Positions 1-17,180 of a stretch of 17,180 nucleotides of DNA are shown here, one piece after another. Numbering within the stretch: the stretch's first letter is position 1; each line of letters starts with the position of its first letter. A model generated the notes under the pieces. It was not told the origin of the DNA. It made no database searches and saw only the letters and a program-made list of their open reading frames with translations. This DNA is from Fonticula alba ATCC 38817 (lineage: Eukaryota > Protista > Nucleariida): NCBI GenBank assembly GCA_000388065.2, contig KB932207.1; one strand, written 5' to 3'. Both the position numbers and the translations under genes were made by a program.

Positions 1-4
1 CGCT

Positions 5-3000
5 ATGGAGGAGTCTCGCGACGCTTCCGCCCAGGCGGTCGCTTCGACGATCTCTCCCGTCGTCCCATCCAAAACCCACTCGGAGACCGCGGCGGCGCCC
101 TCCAGTCCCATCTCCGACCCGGCCCTTTCGGCGCTGACCCCGCATTCCCCCTCGGCAATGTCCTCGTCGCCACGCCACCATCACTCGCCAGTGGACGCCC
201 TGCCGGACGCTGCCAGCCCTCCGCCCGCGGCCAGCACCCTGTCTGCCACTCCGCCGAACGACGACCGGGACAGCGACATCGACGAGGCTGCCTCTCCGAA
301 GAGCAGCGGCACCTCTCGATCCAGTAGCCCGTCCCACGCCATCACGCCGATGGCCAACACGGACTCGTTGGCGCCGCCGCCGTCGCACAGTGCCGCCGCC
401 GCCGCCGCCTCCGACTCCGGCTCCGGCTCCGACTCCGGCTCCGACTCCGAGCGTTCCCCCTCTCCCGACGGTGATGCCGAGGCGCCGGTCCCCATGAATG
501 GCGACGCTGCCTCCCCGGCCGCGGCCCCGGGTCCCGGGGAAGAGGCCGATGCCCCGATGGATACCGACCGCCCGGCCGCCTACGCCGCCACCCCGGCGAC
601 CTCCCTTTCTCACCATCACCACCATGCCGCGCCGGCCGACTGTGCCGAGTCTGGAGGTGTGTACCCTGTCTCCTTCTCTCTCTCTCTCATGCATCTTGTC
701 CCCCCCGGCTCGCCGCCTGCCGGTGCTGACCGCCCCGCCCCGCCCCGCCCCGCCCCGCCTCCCTCTCATGCGGTCGCCCACAGTCAATGGGACTTCGCGC
801 CCCGCCGAGGCCGGTCGCCAGCCAGCCGACTTGCACACGGCCCTGCAGATGATTGCCAGCCTGGAGGCCGAGAATGCCACCCTCCGGGCAGACCTGGACG
901 CCGCCCGCCTCGAGCTGACGAAGCTCCACACCCGCGCGTCGACCGGGTCCTCCGTGGCCAGTGGCGACGAGCCGGTCTTCTCGCCGCCCATGCAGCATCC
1001 GGCCTCGACGCCAGCCGGCACCGCCAGCGACGTCAACGCCGGTCCGATGATCAAGCACGAGCAGCCGGCCCCGGTGGTGGATCCCCTCGCCGGGGGCCTC
1101 CCCTCGGAGCACGGGTCCTTCGCCGCCACCGAGCGGCACTCCTCCTCACACCCGCACGACTCCAGCGTCCAGTCGACCCCGGGCCCGAATGACATCCTCG
1201 TGGCCAACCCCCCGGAGGGCCCGTTCCACATTCTGTCCTCCTCCCTGGCGGATGTCCCCTTCACGCCGGAGATCTCCAAGGCGGCCAAGACGTGCGCCCC
1301 CCCCCCCCCCCCCTCCTGCGCCCAGCTCGCGGTGCCGCCCTTTTTTTTTTTTGTTCGCATGCCCCGATGCTCACCCATTTGCCTTCGCGCGCGCCCCTCC
1401 CCCCCAGCCTCCTGAATGGCATCTCCACCCATCGCCAGGCGGCCTGGTTCTTGCACCCGGTGGACCCGGTGGCCTTCGGCATCCCCACCTACTTTGATGT
1501 GGTCAAGCAGCCGATGGACCTGGGCACCGTGGCCACCAAGCTGGCCGATGGCAGCTACTTCTCCGTGGCCCAGCTCCTGTTTGACATCTACCTCGTTTTC
1601 TACAACTGCCGGCTGTTCAATGCCCCCGGGACGGCGGTCGTCCTGGCGGCCAATGCCGTGGAGAACTCCATCCGCGACCGGGCCAAGCGCTTCATGGCCG
1701 TCGTGCGCAAGTACTCCTCGCCGGACATTGTCTACCCGGCGTGGGCCGGGTTCTCCAGCGCGGATCTGGCCCGGCGGTCGCGCCGCGGGCGGACTCCCAC
1801 CGGGGCCGCCGGCCCGGCCGTCGACGCCAGCCCCGGGTCCACTCCGGCCCCGGATCACCACCACTCCCTGCAGCAGTCGTACGTCGGCGGGGGGGGCGAC
1901 CTCCCTGTCATGTCGCCCGGGCTGTACCATCCGGCCGGCGCTGTCGGCAGTGCCGGTAGCACCCCCTCGGCGGCCATGGCCGGCGGGGCTGCTTCCTCCC
2001 TGCCGGTGCAGGTGAACAGCTTCACGTCCATCGGCCCGGCCGGCGAGGTCCTGTCCATGGACACGGATTTGCAGGCCGTGGCCCCGGCCACCCCGGCCGA
2101 GGCCAAGGGGCTGAAGCTGTGCGCGCGCATCCTGGCCGACCTGTCTGCCAACAAGAATCGCCGCTTCAATGTGGCCTTCCTGAACCCGGTGGACCCGGTG
2201 CGCGACCAGTGCCCGGACTACCATGACATCGTGCGCGAGCCGATGTCCCTGGCGCGTGTGTCGGCTCGGCTGGCGGCCCAGGCGTACACCCGATGCGGGG
2301 AGTTTGTGCGCGACATGCGGCAGATCGGCATCAATTGCGACCGGTACAACCGCCCCGGCGACCTGGTCCATGACATGGGGCGCAACCTGATGAGCGCCTT
2401 CGAGGAGCGGGTCCCCGAGATTGAGGCCCTGTCCGGGGTGGACCTGCCCCCGGCGCCGGTCTTCTCGACCAATCAAAGTCGGGCGGCTGCCGCGGCGGCG
2501 GCCAGTGCTGCTGCTGCGGCGGCGGCNNNNNNNNNNNNNNNNNNNNNNNNNNNNNNNNNNNNNNNNNNNNNNNNNNNNNNNNNNNNNNNNNNNNNNNNNN
2601 NNNNNNNNNNNNNNNNNNNNNNNNNNNNNNNNNNNNNNNNNNNNNNNNNNNNNNNNNNNNNNNNNNNNNNNNNNNNNNNNNNNNNNNNNNNNNNNNNNNN
2701 NNNNNNNNNNNNNNNNNNNNNNNNNNNNNNNNNNNNNNNNNNNNNNNNNNNNNNNNNNNNNNNNNNNNNNNNNNNNNNNNNNNNNNNNNNNNNNNNNNNN
2801 NNNNNNNNNNNNNNNNNNNNNNNNNNNNNNNNNNNNNNNNNNNNNNNNNNNNNNNNNNNNNNNNNNNNNNNNNNNNNNNNNNNNNNNNNNNNNNNNNNNN
2901 NNNNNNNNNNNNNNNNNNNNNNNNNNNNNNNNNNNNNNNNNNNNNNNNNNNNNNNNNNNNNNNNNNNNNNNNNNNNNNNNNNNNNNNNNNNNNNNNNNNN

Positions 3001-4332
3001 NNNNNNNNNNNNNNNNNNNNNNNNNNNNNNNNNNNNNNNNNNNNNNNNNNNNNNNNNNNNNNNNNNNNNNNNNNNNNNNNNNNNNNNNNNNNNNNNNNNN
3101 NNNNNNNNNNNNNNNNNNNNNNNNNNNNNNNNNNNNNNNNNNNNNNNNNNNNNNNNNNNNNNNNNNNNNNNNNNNNNNNNNNNNNNNNNNNNNNNNNNNN
3201 NNNNNNNNNNNNNNNNNNNNNNNNNNNNNNNNNNNNNNNNNNNNNNNNNNNNNNNNNNNNNNNNNNNNNNNNNNNNNNNNNNNNNNNNNNNNNNNNNNNN
3301 NNNNNNNNNNNNNNNNGCGGCGGCGGCGGCGCCTCCAATGCCGACCTCACGGCCAAGGTGGCCCAGATGGAGCAGCTCCTGTCGGCCCTGCAGTCGCAGC
3401 TGGCGGCCAGCGGGGCGGCCGTCGACCCCCCCGGGGCCACCGGCGGCCGGAAGGGCGGCACCGGCAGCAAGGCCAGCGCCAAGGCCGACGCCGCCCGGCC
3501 CAAGGCCGGCAAGGCCACCGCCACCTCCAAGAAGAAGGCCTCGCCTGCGCCCTCCTCCTCCAACAAGAAGTCCTCCTCCGCGTCCGGGTCTGCCGGCGCC
3601 TCTCAGAAGAAGGCCAGCACCAAGGCCGCCGGGTCCAAGGCCGCCACGGCCGCCGGGTCCAAGGCCGCCACGGCCGCCGGGTCCAAGGCCGCCGGCAAGG
3701 CCAGCACCAAGGCCGCCGGCGGTGGGTCCAAGGCGACTGCCGGGGCTGGCAAGGCCGCCAGCAAGAAGGCCGCGGCCGCGGCCGCCGCCGCCGCCACGGC
3801 CGCCGCCCTGCTCCACGCCCCGATGACCTTCCAGGAGAAGTCGGACCTGGCCACGGCCATCTACGACCTGGACCAGAGCCGGCTGCTGGTCATCGTGCAG
3901 ATCATCAAGCGCCACCATCCGCATCTGGACGGCGTGCAGGGCGACCTGGAGATCGACATCAACCAGCTGGACACGGCCACCCTGCGGGAGATGGAGAACT
4001 TCGTCTTCCACGGGGTTGTCCCCCCGGCCGAGGGGCAAGCGGCCCTGCTCCATGGGGGGTCGGTGTCGCTGGAGCAGCCGCCGGGCCAGGTTGGTCAGCA
4101 GCCGGGCGATGCGGCGGCGGCGGCCGCTGCCGCCGCTGCCGCCGCCGCCGCCGCGCACCACATGACGCCACAGTCGCTGGCCGGCTCGGCGGCGCTCGCG
4201 GCCAGCGCGGCCTACGGCGGTGTGCACCACCACGCGCACCAGGACTCGTCCGACGACTCGTCCGACGACTCGGATGACTCGTCCGATGATTCGGATGACT
4301 CGTCCGACGACTCGGACTCGGACGACGAGTAA
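5..4332 (+). CDS. BDF1: BET-family double-bromodomain + ET protein (Bdf1/BRD2-3-4 ortholog group). Predicted join(5..656,784..1291,1408..2526,gap,3317..4332); about 1,100 aa visible plus unknown gap content
   Basis: Splicing 657..783 (phase 1) and 1292..1407 (phase 2) joins ORF 5, ORF 498 and ORF 1292 in frame. The product has two bromodomains, a coiled coil (ADLTAKVAQMEQLLSALQSQLAA), an ET domain and a D/S tail ending at TAA 4330..4332. This BD-BD-ET-SEED order defines BET proteins. The symbol is the fungal ortholog name and denotes family only. Confidence 0.93.
657..783 (+). other. Intron 1 of BET gene (127 nt, phase 1)
   Basis: GTGTGT donor, CT-rich body, branch-like GCTGAC at 725..730, CACAG acceptor. 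The junction G+TC restores the frame into VNGTSRP. Confidence 0.85.
1270..1700 (+). other. Bromodomain 1 (split by intron 2)
   Basis: AWFLHPVDPVAFGIPTYFDVVKQPMDLGTVATKL...YFSVAQLLFDIYLVFYNCRLFNAPGT. It has the PVD, conserved Tyr, PMDL and acetyl-lysine-binding Asn motifs. Confidence 0.92.
1292..1407 (+). other. Intron 2 of BET gene (116 nt, phase 2), interrupting the first helix of BD1
   Basis: GTGCGC donor, poly-C/poly-T body, GCTCAC branch-like site, CCCCCAG acceptor. The junction gives EISKAAKT-LLNGISTHRQAAWFLHPVDP. Confidence 0.9.
2111..2415 (+). other. Bromodomain 2
   Basis: KLCARILADL...NVAFLNPVDPVRDQCPDYHDIVREPMSL...FVRDMRQIGINCDRYNRPGDLVHDMGRNLMSAFEER. The conserved Tyr and Asn are present. 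Confidence 0.92.
2527..3316. other. Assembly gap (790 N) inside the BET gene
   Basis: Run of N flanked on both sides by GCG/GGC trinucleotide runs. Confidence 0.99.
3637..3684 (+). repeat. Perfect 24-nt tandem duplication (AAGGCCGCCACGGCCGCCGGGTCC x2) encoding KAATAAGS x2, with partial flanking copies
   Basis: Read directly at 3637..3660 and 3661..3684. Confidence 0.9.
3820..4011 (+). other. Extra-terminal (ET) domain
   Basis: PMTFQEKSDLATAIYDLDQSRLLVIVQIIKRHHPHLDGVQGDLEIDINQLDTATLREMENFV matches the ET pattern PMTxxEKxxL...L..L......I..II......E.EID...L...TL..L..FV. Confidence 0.92.
4243..4329 (+). repeat. SEED-like acidic Ser/Asp tail encoded by imperfect GACTCG/TCCGAC repeats
   Basis: DSSDDSSDDSDDSSDDSDDSSDDSDSDDE lies directly before the stop codon. 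An acidic Ser-rich tail after ET is typical of BET proteins. Confidence 0.8.
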
Positions 4333-4348
4333 GGCAAGCACGCGCACA

Positions 4349-4368
4349 TGTGTTTGTGTGTGTGTGTG
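4349..4368. repeat. (TG)n microsatellite, interrupted
   Basis: tgtgtttgtgtgtgtgtgtg just after the BET stop codon. Confidence 0.75.
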
Positions 4369-4495
4369 CGCCCCCCTCGATGAGGCCAGTGGGCGGGCGG
4401 AGGTGGGAGAGGAGGGCGCCGCGCCCTCGTGCGGTGACTGCGCATTGCTTCCTCCGCCCATGTGTGGTTTTCTCCCCCGGCGGCGCGCGCGTACG

Positions 4496-4600
4496 CCCCC
4501 CCCTCCCCCCCCCCCCCCCCCCCCCCCACCCCCCCCCCCTCCCCCCCCCGTCCCCCAGTGTTCCCCCCCCCCCCCTTCTCGGCTGTCCCCCCCCTCCCCC
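4496..4600. repeat. Poly-C low-complexity tract (further C/G homopolymers at about 4718..4743, 5162..5178 and 5607..5656)
   Basis: Long C runs read directly. Homopolymer lengths are likely unreliable in the assembly. Confidence 0.8.
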
Positions 4601-6223
4601 GGCCGGACGGGGCAACGCCCGGGGTCAGGCGGCGAAGTGCGCCTCTGTACGGGGCGGAAGAGACGCTCGCCGACGATGCGGCAGGTGGCCGTGGCGGACC
4701 AGCGCGCCCGCGGAGCACCCCCCCCCCCCCCCCCCCCCCCCCCGTCGCCCGCGCGTCTGCCTGTTCGCCTGTCCTCCCTCTCGCCTCGGCCATTGCGCGG
4801 CCGTGCGTGCGCGCGTCTCCGGTGCCACTATCCAGCTCTCTCCCGCCCGGGGGCGCGTGCATCGCGCGCATCCGCCTCTTTTTCCCTCTCTGCCCTCCCT
4901 CTCATGCGCGCGTGCCCTCTGTGCATATCTTTGCCGGCGGGCGAGGGGGGGACGCGGGGCGGGGAGGACCGTTGTTCGCGCATTCTCCCCTCCCCCCCCC
5001 CCTCCTGAAGGGCAGGCTGTAAGAGGCAGGGACCGTCCCGATCATCGTTGCGGCCCCCACCCCCCCCCCCCACCCCTCTTGCCGATGGCTGTGTCCGTGC
5101 ATGCTCCTCCTCCCCCTCCCATCGGGTTGAGGCCGGGAGATGGGGCGGAGGTGCCGTCACTCCCCCCCCCCCCCCCCCTCAAGCACTCTCACGCATCGCG
5201 CCTTTCCTCCTTCGGCGCGCGCGCGCGCCCCTCGCTCTCGATGATGCTCCCGCGCCCGGCGGCCGGAGGAGGGGCCAGTCCACCCCCAATCACCCCCCCC
5301 CCCCAATGTTACATTGACATCGTCCTTGTTTGATAATATCACCCCTTCTTCCCCGGTGAATACATCTCCCCCAACACTCTCTCTTCCCAGCCTTTTGCCG
5401 CGGGGGTGTGTCCTTGCCGCATGTTTTTTTTTTCCTCTTTCCAATTGTCCTCCCCTCCCCTAGCAGCAGACGGGCCTGCGTCCGCCGAGAAAAAGCGCAG
5501 GGGGAGGCACACGTCGGCGCGCAGGCCCGAACGGTGGGCTCGCCGGTCGGCGCCTTCTGCCTTTTTCTTGCTCCTCCCTCCCGCGCCCTGCGGCCGAGGA
5601 TCCCAAGGGGGGGGGACCGCGGGGGGGGGACCGCGGGGGGGGGGGGGGGGGGGGGGCGCAAGAAGAAGCAGGGGACACACCACAGGACACGGCACCAGTG
5701 CGGGTGTGAAGCAGATCCAGAACGGAACATCATAAGGAACACCATTCTAAACGTCACTGGAGCCCCGCCAGTCTCCCACCTGCATTCGCGCGGGCGCGTC
5801 GGCGCCTGCCCCCTCTGCGCCGCCCGCCACGATGGGCCAGGGTGGCGAGGGCCATTCCCCGTGGGGCCAATACGCATGCCGGCGCACGGGCACGGCCGCG
5901 CGCGCGCGCGCGCGCGTGCGCACGCAAGGCTCCTTTTTCGCGGGGGCGGCGGCCTGCGTGAAAGCCGCCCAGCCCGGGAGCCCCAGCCCCATGTTCCTGT
6001 CCACTCTGGCCGAGGCGGCGACGGCCAGGCCCGGGCGGGGGCAACAATCGGAGGGCGTTCAATTTGGGTGAAACATCTATCCCCAGCGTCCTGCCCCCCT
6101 CCCCCCCTCTCCCCGGGCGAGCGCGGCGCTCGCATCTAAGCATGTGGGGTCTCGGCCGGAGGCCCACCCAGGCACACTGGTGGGGGATAAAAAGGAATGC
6201 ACATGATAGGTCCTCCAGAAGCA

Positions 6224-6295
6224 AGCGACTTGGCGCAGGGGAAGCGTGTTGGGCTCATAACCCAAAGGTCGGTGGATCGAAACCACCAGTCGCTA
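6224..6295 (+). tRNA. tRNA-iMet: Initiator tRNA-Met (anticodon CAT at 6256..6258), 72 nt, intronless
   Basis: Acceptor stem AGCGACT/AGTCGCT with the A1:U72 pair. Anticodon stem TTGGG/CCCAA with three consecutive G:C pairs. T-arm GGTGG-ATCGAAA-CCACC with A54 and A60. Discriminator A. All are eukaryotic initiator hallmarks. Confidence 0.98.
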
Positions 6296-6296
6296 A

Positions 6297-6305
6297 TTTC
6301 CTTTT
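6297..6305 (+). terminator. RNA polymerase III terminator (TTTCCTTTT)
   Basis: T3 and T4 runs immediately after the tRNA 3' end. Confidence 0.6.
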
Positions 6306-6740
6306 GCCCCACTCGGGCTGACGCGGCTCTGCGCCCACAACACCCCGAGCACGTCGCCCGGTGGGTTCCCGTGCAACGGCGCCGGGTCTTTCGCGCGCGC
6401 GCGCGCGCGCGCGCCCGTGTGCGTGTGTGTCAAAAGCCGTGTGGGGCATGCTCTCGGAGAGGATGGCGGGAGACACACGGTGCCGGGGGTATGCGTTGGC
6501 ACTCGGTAGCTGCGCGCCCTGTTCTCTGCGGCTGGCGGGGCGGGGCGGGGCGCGCGCGGGGCACAATACCCGGCGGCGTGCGCGTCGTGCCGTGGTGGGC
6601 GGTTCGCTGTTGGCTGCGCTCCCGGGGACTGGCGGCTGGCACCCCCCCCCCCCCGCTGGTTGGAGCCAGAGCAGTCGCGAGGTGGAACAGGGCGGGGGGG
6701 GAGGGGGGCCGGAGACACGGGGGACCGTCGGCGAAAGTTA

Positions 6741-6802
6741 GGCGGGAAATTCCATTTTTGGCGCGCGCGCAAGCGGGCCCGGCCCGCCCACCGGCGCCAA
6801 AA
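6741..6802. promoter_or_regulatory. Cluster of E2F-consensus (TTTSSCGS) sites upstream of the PHD gene
   Basis: GGCGGGAAA at 6741..6749 (reverse complement TTTCCCGCC), TTTTGGCGC at 6756..6764, and its exact inverted copy GCGCCAAAA at 6794..6802. Function is inferred from the consensus only. Confidence 0.45.
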
Positions 6803-7155
6803 GCGAAGGGGCCGCCGTGGGGCGGGCCGATGGTTATTTTTTTCCTCCCCAGGTGAATGTCCCCATGCGGGGGAAGTCCCCCGGCCGGGCGCCCCGCCCC
6901 CCTCGCTTGAATGGCGATCGTCGAGACAGGGCCGCCCCCCGCCAGCCGGCCGCATCATCTGGCGGATGGTGGGCTCCACGCCGGGGCCCGGCGGCGGCGG
7001 CGGCGGCGGCGCCGATTCCGGCCCACCCCCGGGTGTCGCCGGTCCGGGTGTCGCCCGGCCCCCGGAGCCTGCTCCCTTCTTCCCATCAAGGGCAAAATTA
7101 GTAACCGGCGGCGCTCGCGCGTCTAGGCCAAGGGCTCGGCACGGCCCCGCGCACG

Positions 7156-16210
<9,055 letters not shown>

Positions 16211-17007
16211 GGGGCTGCCGCCTTCTCGCTCCCCTTCTGCACAGGGGCCTCTATGTGGTGTTTTTTTGTCTTCCTGCCGGCGCCCTGGCCGTTGTCCTTG
16301 TGTTACACCCATACCATATACTTCCCTCTCCCCCTGTCCTGTTGCCTGCCGGCCAGCGCCTGCCGCCTTGCCCTTGTCCCCGCGCGCCTTCGGTGTTTTT
16401 CCCCCCCCCCCCCCCCCTCTGGTATGCGTGGGGGAGGGGGAATGCCTGGTCGCGGATCTTCGCGGAAATGGGGCATGTGATTCTCCCCGATGACAGCCCG
16501 GAGAGCCGGGAGATCACGCTGGCCGTTCTGATACCTGAGCACCAGGCTCGGGCTTCGGTCCCGGGGCGGATCTCGGCGCCCCGTGGTGGATATTCGCGGG
16601 ACGCTGACCCTGCCCCGTGTCATCTCCTCGATCTCTCTCTCTCTCTCCATCTCTCCGTCTCTCTGTCTCTCTGTCTCTCCGTCGCTCCGTCTGTCGCTTT
16701 CGGTCTGTGCCTGGGTGCTGCCCGGTGGGGCCCCTGGCTTCGGCCCTCTCTCTCGGGCAAGGATGGCATGCGCGCGGGCGGGGCCCGGTGGATGCCGGCC
16801 GCGCGAACGTGCCCCCTCCCCCCGCTGGCCACGGTGGCGGTCTGTTATTCCTTGCCCCCGGGCGGGCGGGGGGAGGGTGCCTCCTCACAACAGCACGGCC
16901 CAGACCTTCGCCGGCCTGCCGCACAAGGCCCAGGCAGGAGGGGCGCGTCCCGCCCGCCCAGCCCCCTGTGTTATGACCTGCATCGACCTGGGCCCTCGGT
17001 GCCGTTG

Positions 17008-17036
17008 GTGTGTGTGTGTGTGTGTGTGTGTGTGTG
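17008..17036. repeat. (GT)14 microsatellite
   Basis: Perfect GT run read directly. Confidence 0.95.
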
Positions 17037-17180
17037 ACGGCGCCTCCCACTTGGGCGAGGCAGGCATGACAGGAAGGGAACCCGGCCCGAAGACGCCAGC
17101 CCGCAGGCTGGCGTCAGGAGGCGTAAGTCATCCCCCATGCCGGAGGAGCGAGGACAAGCGTGTGCGCTCGGCCCCCAGCC

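Noticed and set aside
2527-3357. Apparent frameshift between BD2 (ORF 1292 frame) and ET (ORF 3358 frame)
   Set aside because: The frame change falls across an N-gap of estimated length, so there is no evidence for a pseudogene or programmed frameshift.
5695-5760. C/D snoRNA call, prompted by an 11-nt stretch resembling sequence I recall from metazoan 28S rRNA (TGTGAAGCAGA)
   Set aside because: No CTGA D box follows the putative guide and the C box is degenerate. Kept only as a low-interest structure finding.
5408-6139. ORF with HQCGC...CPLC...H that looks like a zinc finger
   Set aside because: It uses ATA/CTA/AGG codons unlike the strongly GC3-biased real genes, runs through G/T homopolymers, and its Cys/His spacing fits no finger class I recognise.
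6817-7126. Short ORFs 6817..7101 and 6911..7126 as additional 5' exons or a separate gene
   Set aside because: I could not find convincing phase-compatible junctions to the downstream exons and there is no domain signal. They may be UTR or uORFs; cDNA is needed.

Overview
GC-rich, intron-containing eukaryotic genomic DNA with two N-gaps. It is not prokaryotic. The high GC, short pyrimidine-rich introns and low-complexity proteins resemble a unicellular opisthokont such as Fonticula alba, but that assignment is inference only. Three genes lie on the + strand. (1) A BET-family bromodomain gene (Bdf1/BRD2-4 type) at 5..4332, with BD1, BD2, a coiled coil, an ET domain and an acidic SEED tail. It has 2 introns and a gap after BD2. 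(2) An initiator tRNA-Met(CAT) at 6224..6295. (3) A roughly 2,600-aa, mostly disordered nuclear protein at about 7156..16210, with about 6 exons and an uncertain 5' end. Its single Set3/MLL5/Cti6-type PHD finger is visible only after splicing out a minisatellite-filled intron. The most interesting signal is in gene 3: the PHD finger is flanked on both sides by EEGEI motifs matching the ARS2-recruitment motif. The protein also has RS/RSP tracts, a Trp-punctuated RD tract, an unassigned helical domain and a His tract. Together these suggest a candidate link between H3K4me3 chromatin and the CBC-ARS2 RNA processing/termination machinery. Also notable are a cluster of E2F-type sites upstream of gene 3, a GT(G/A)(C/T)G splice-donor consensus, and divergent BET acetyl-lysine pockets. 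Most other ORFs in the track are shadow ORFs of GC-rich DNA. No database searches were run.
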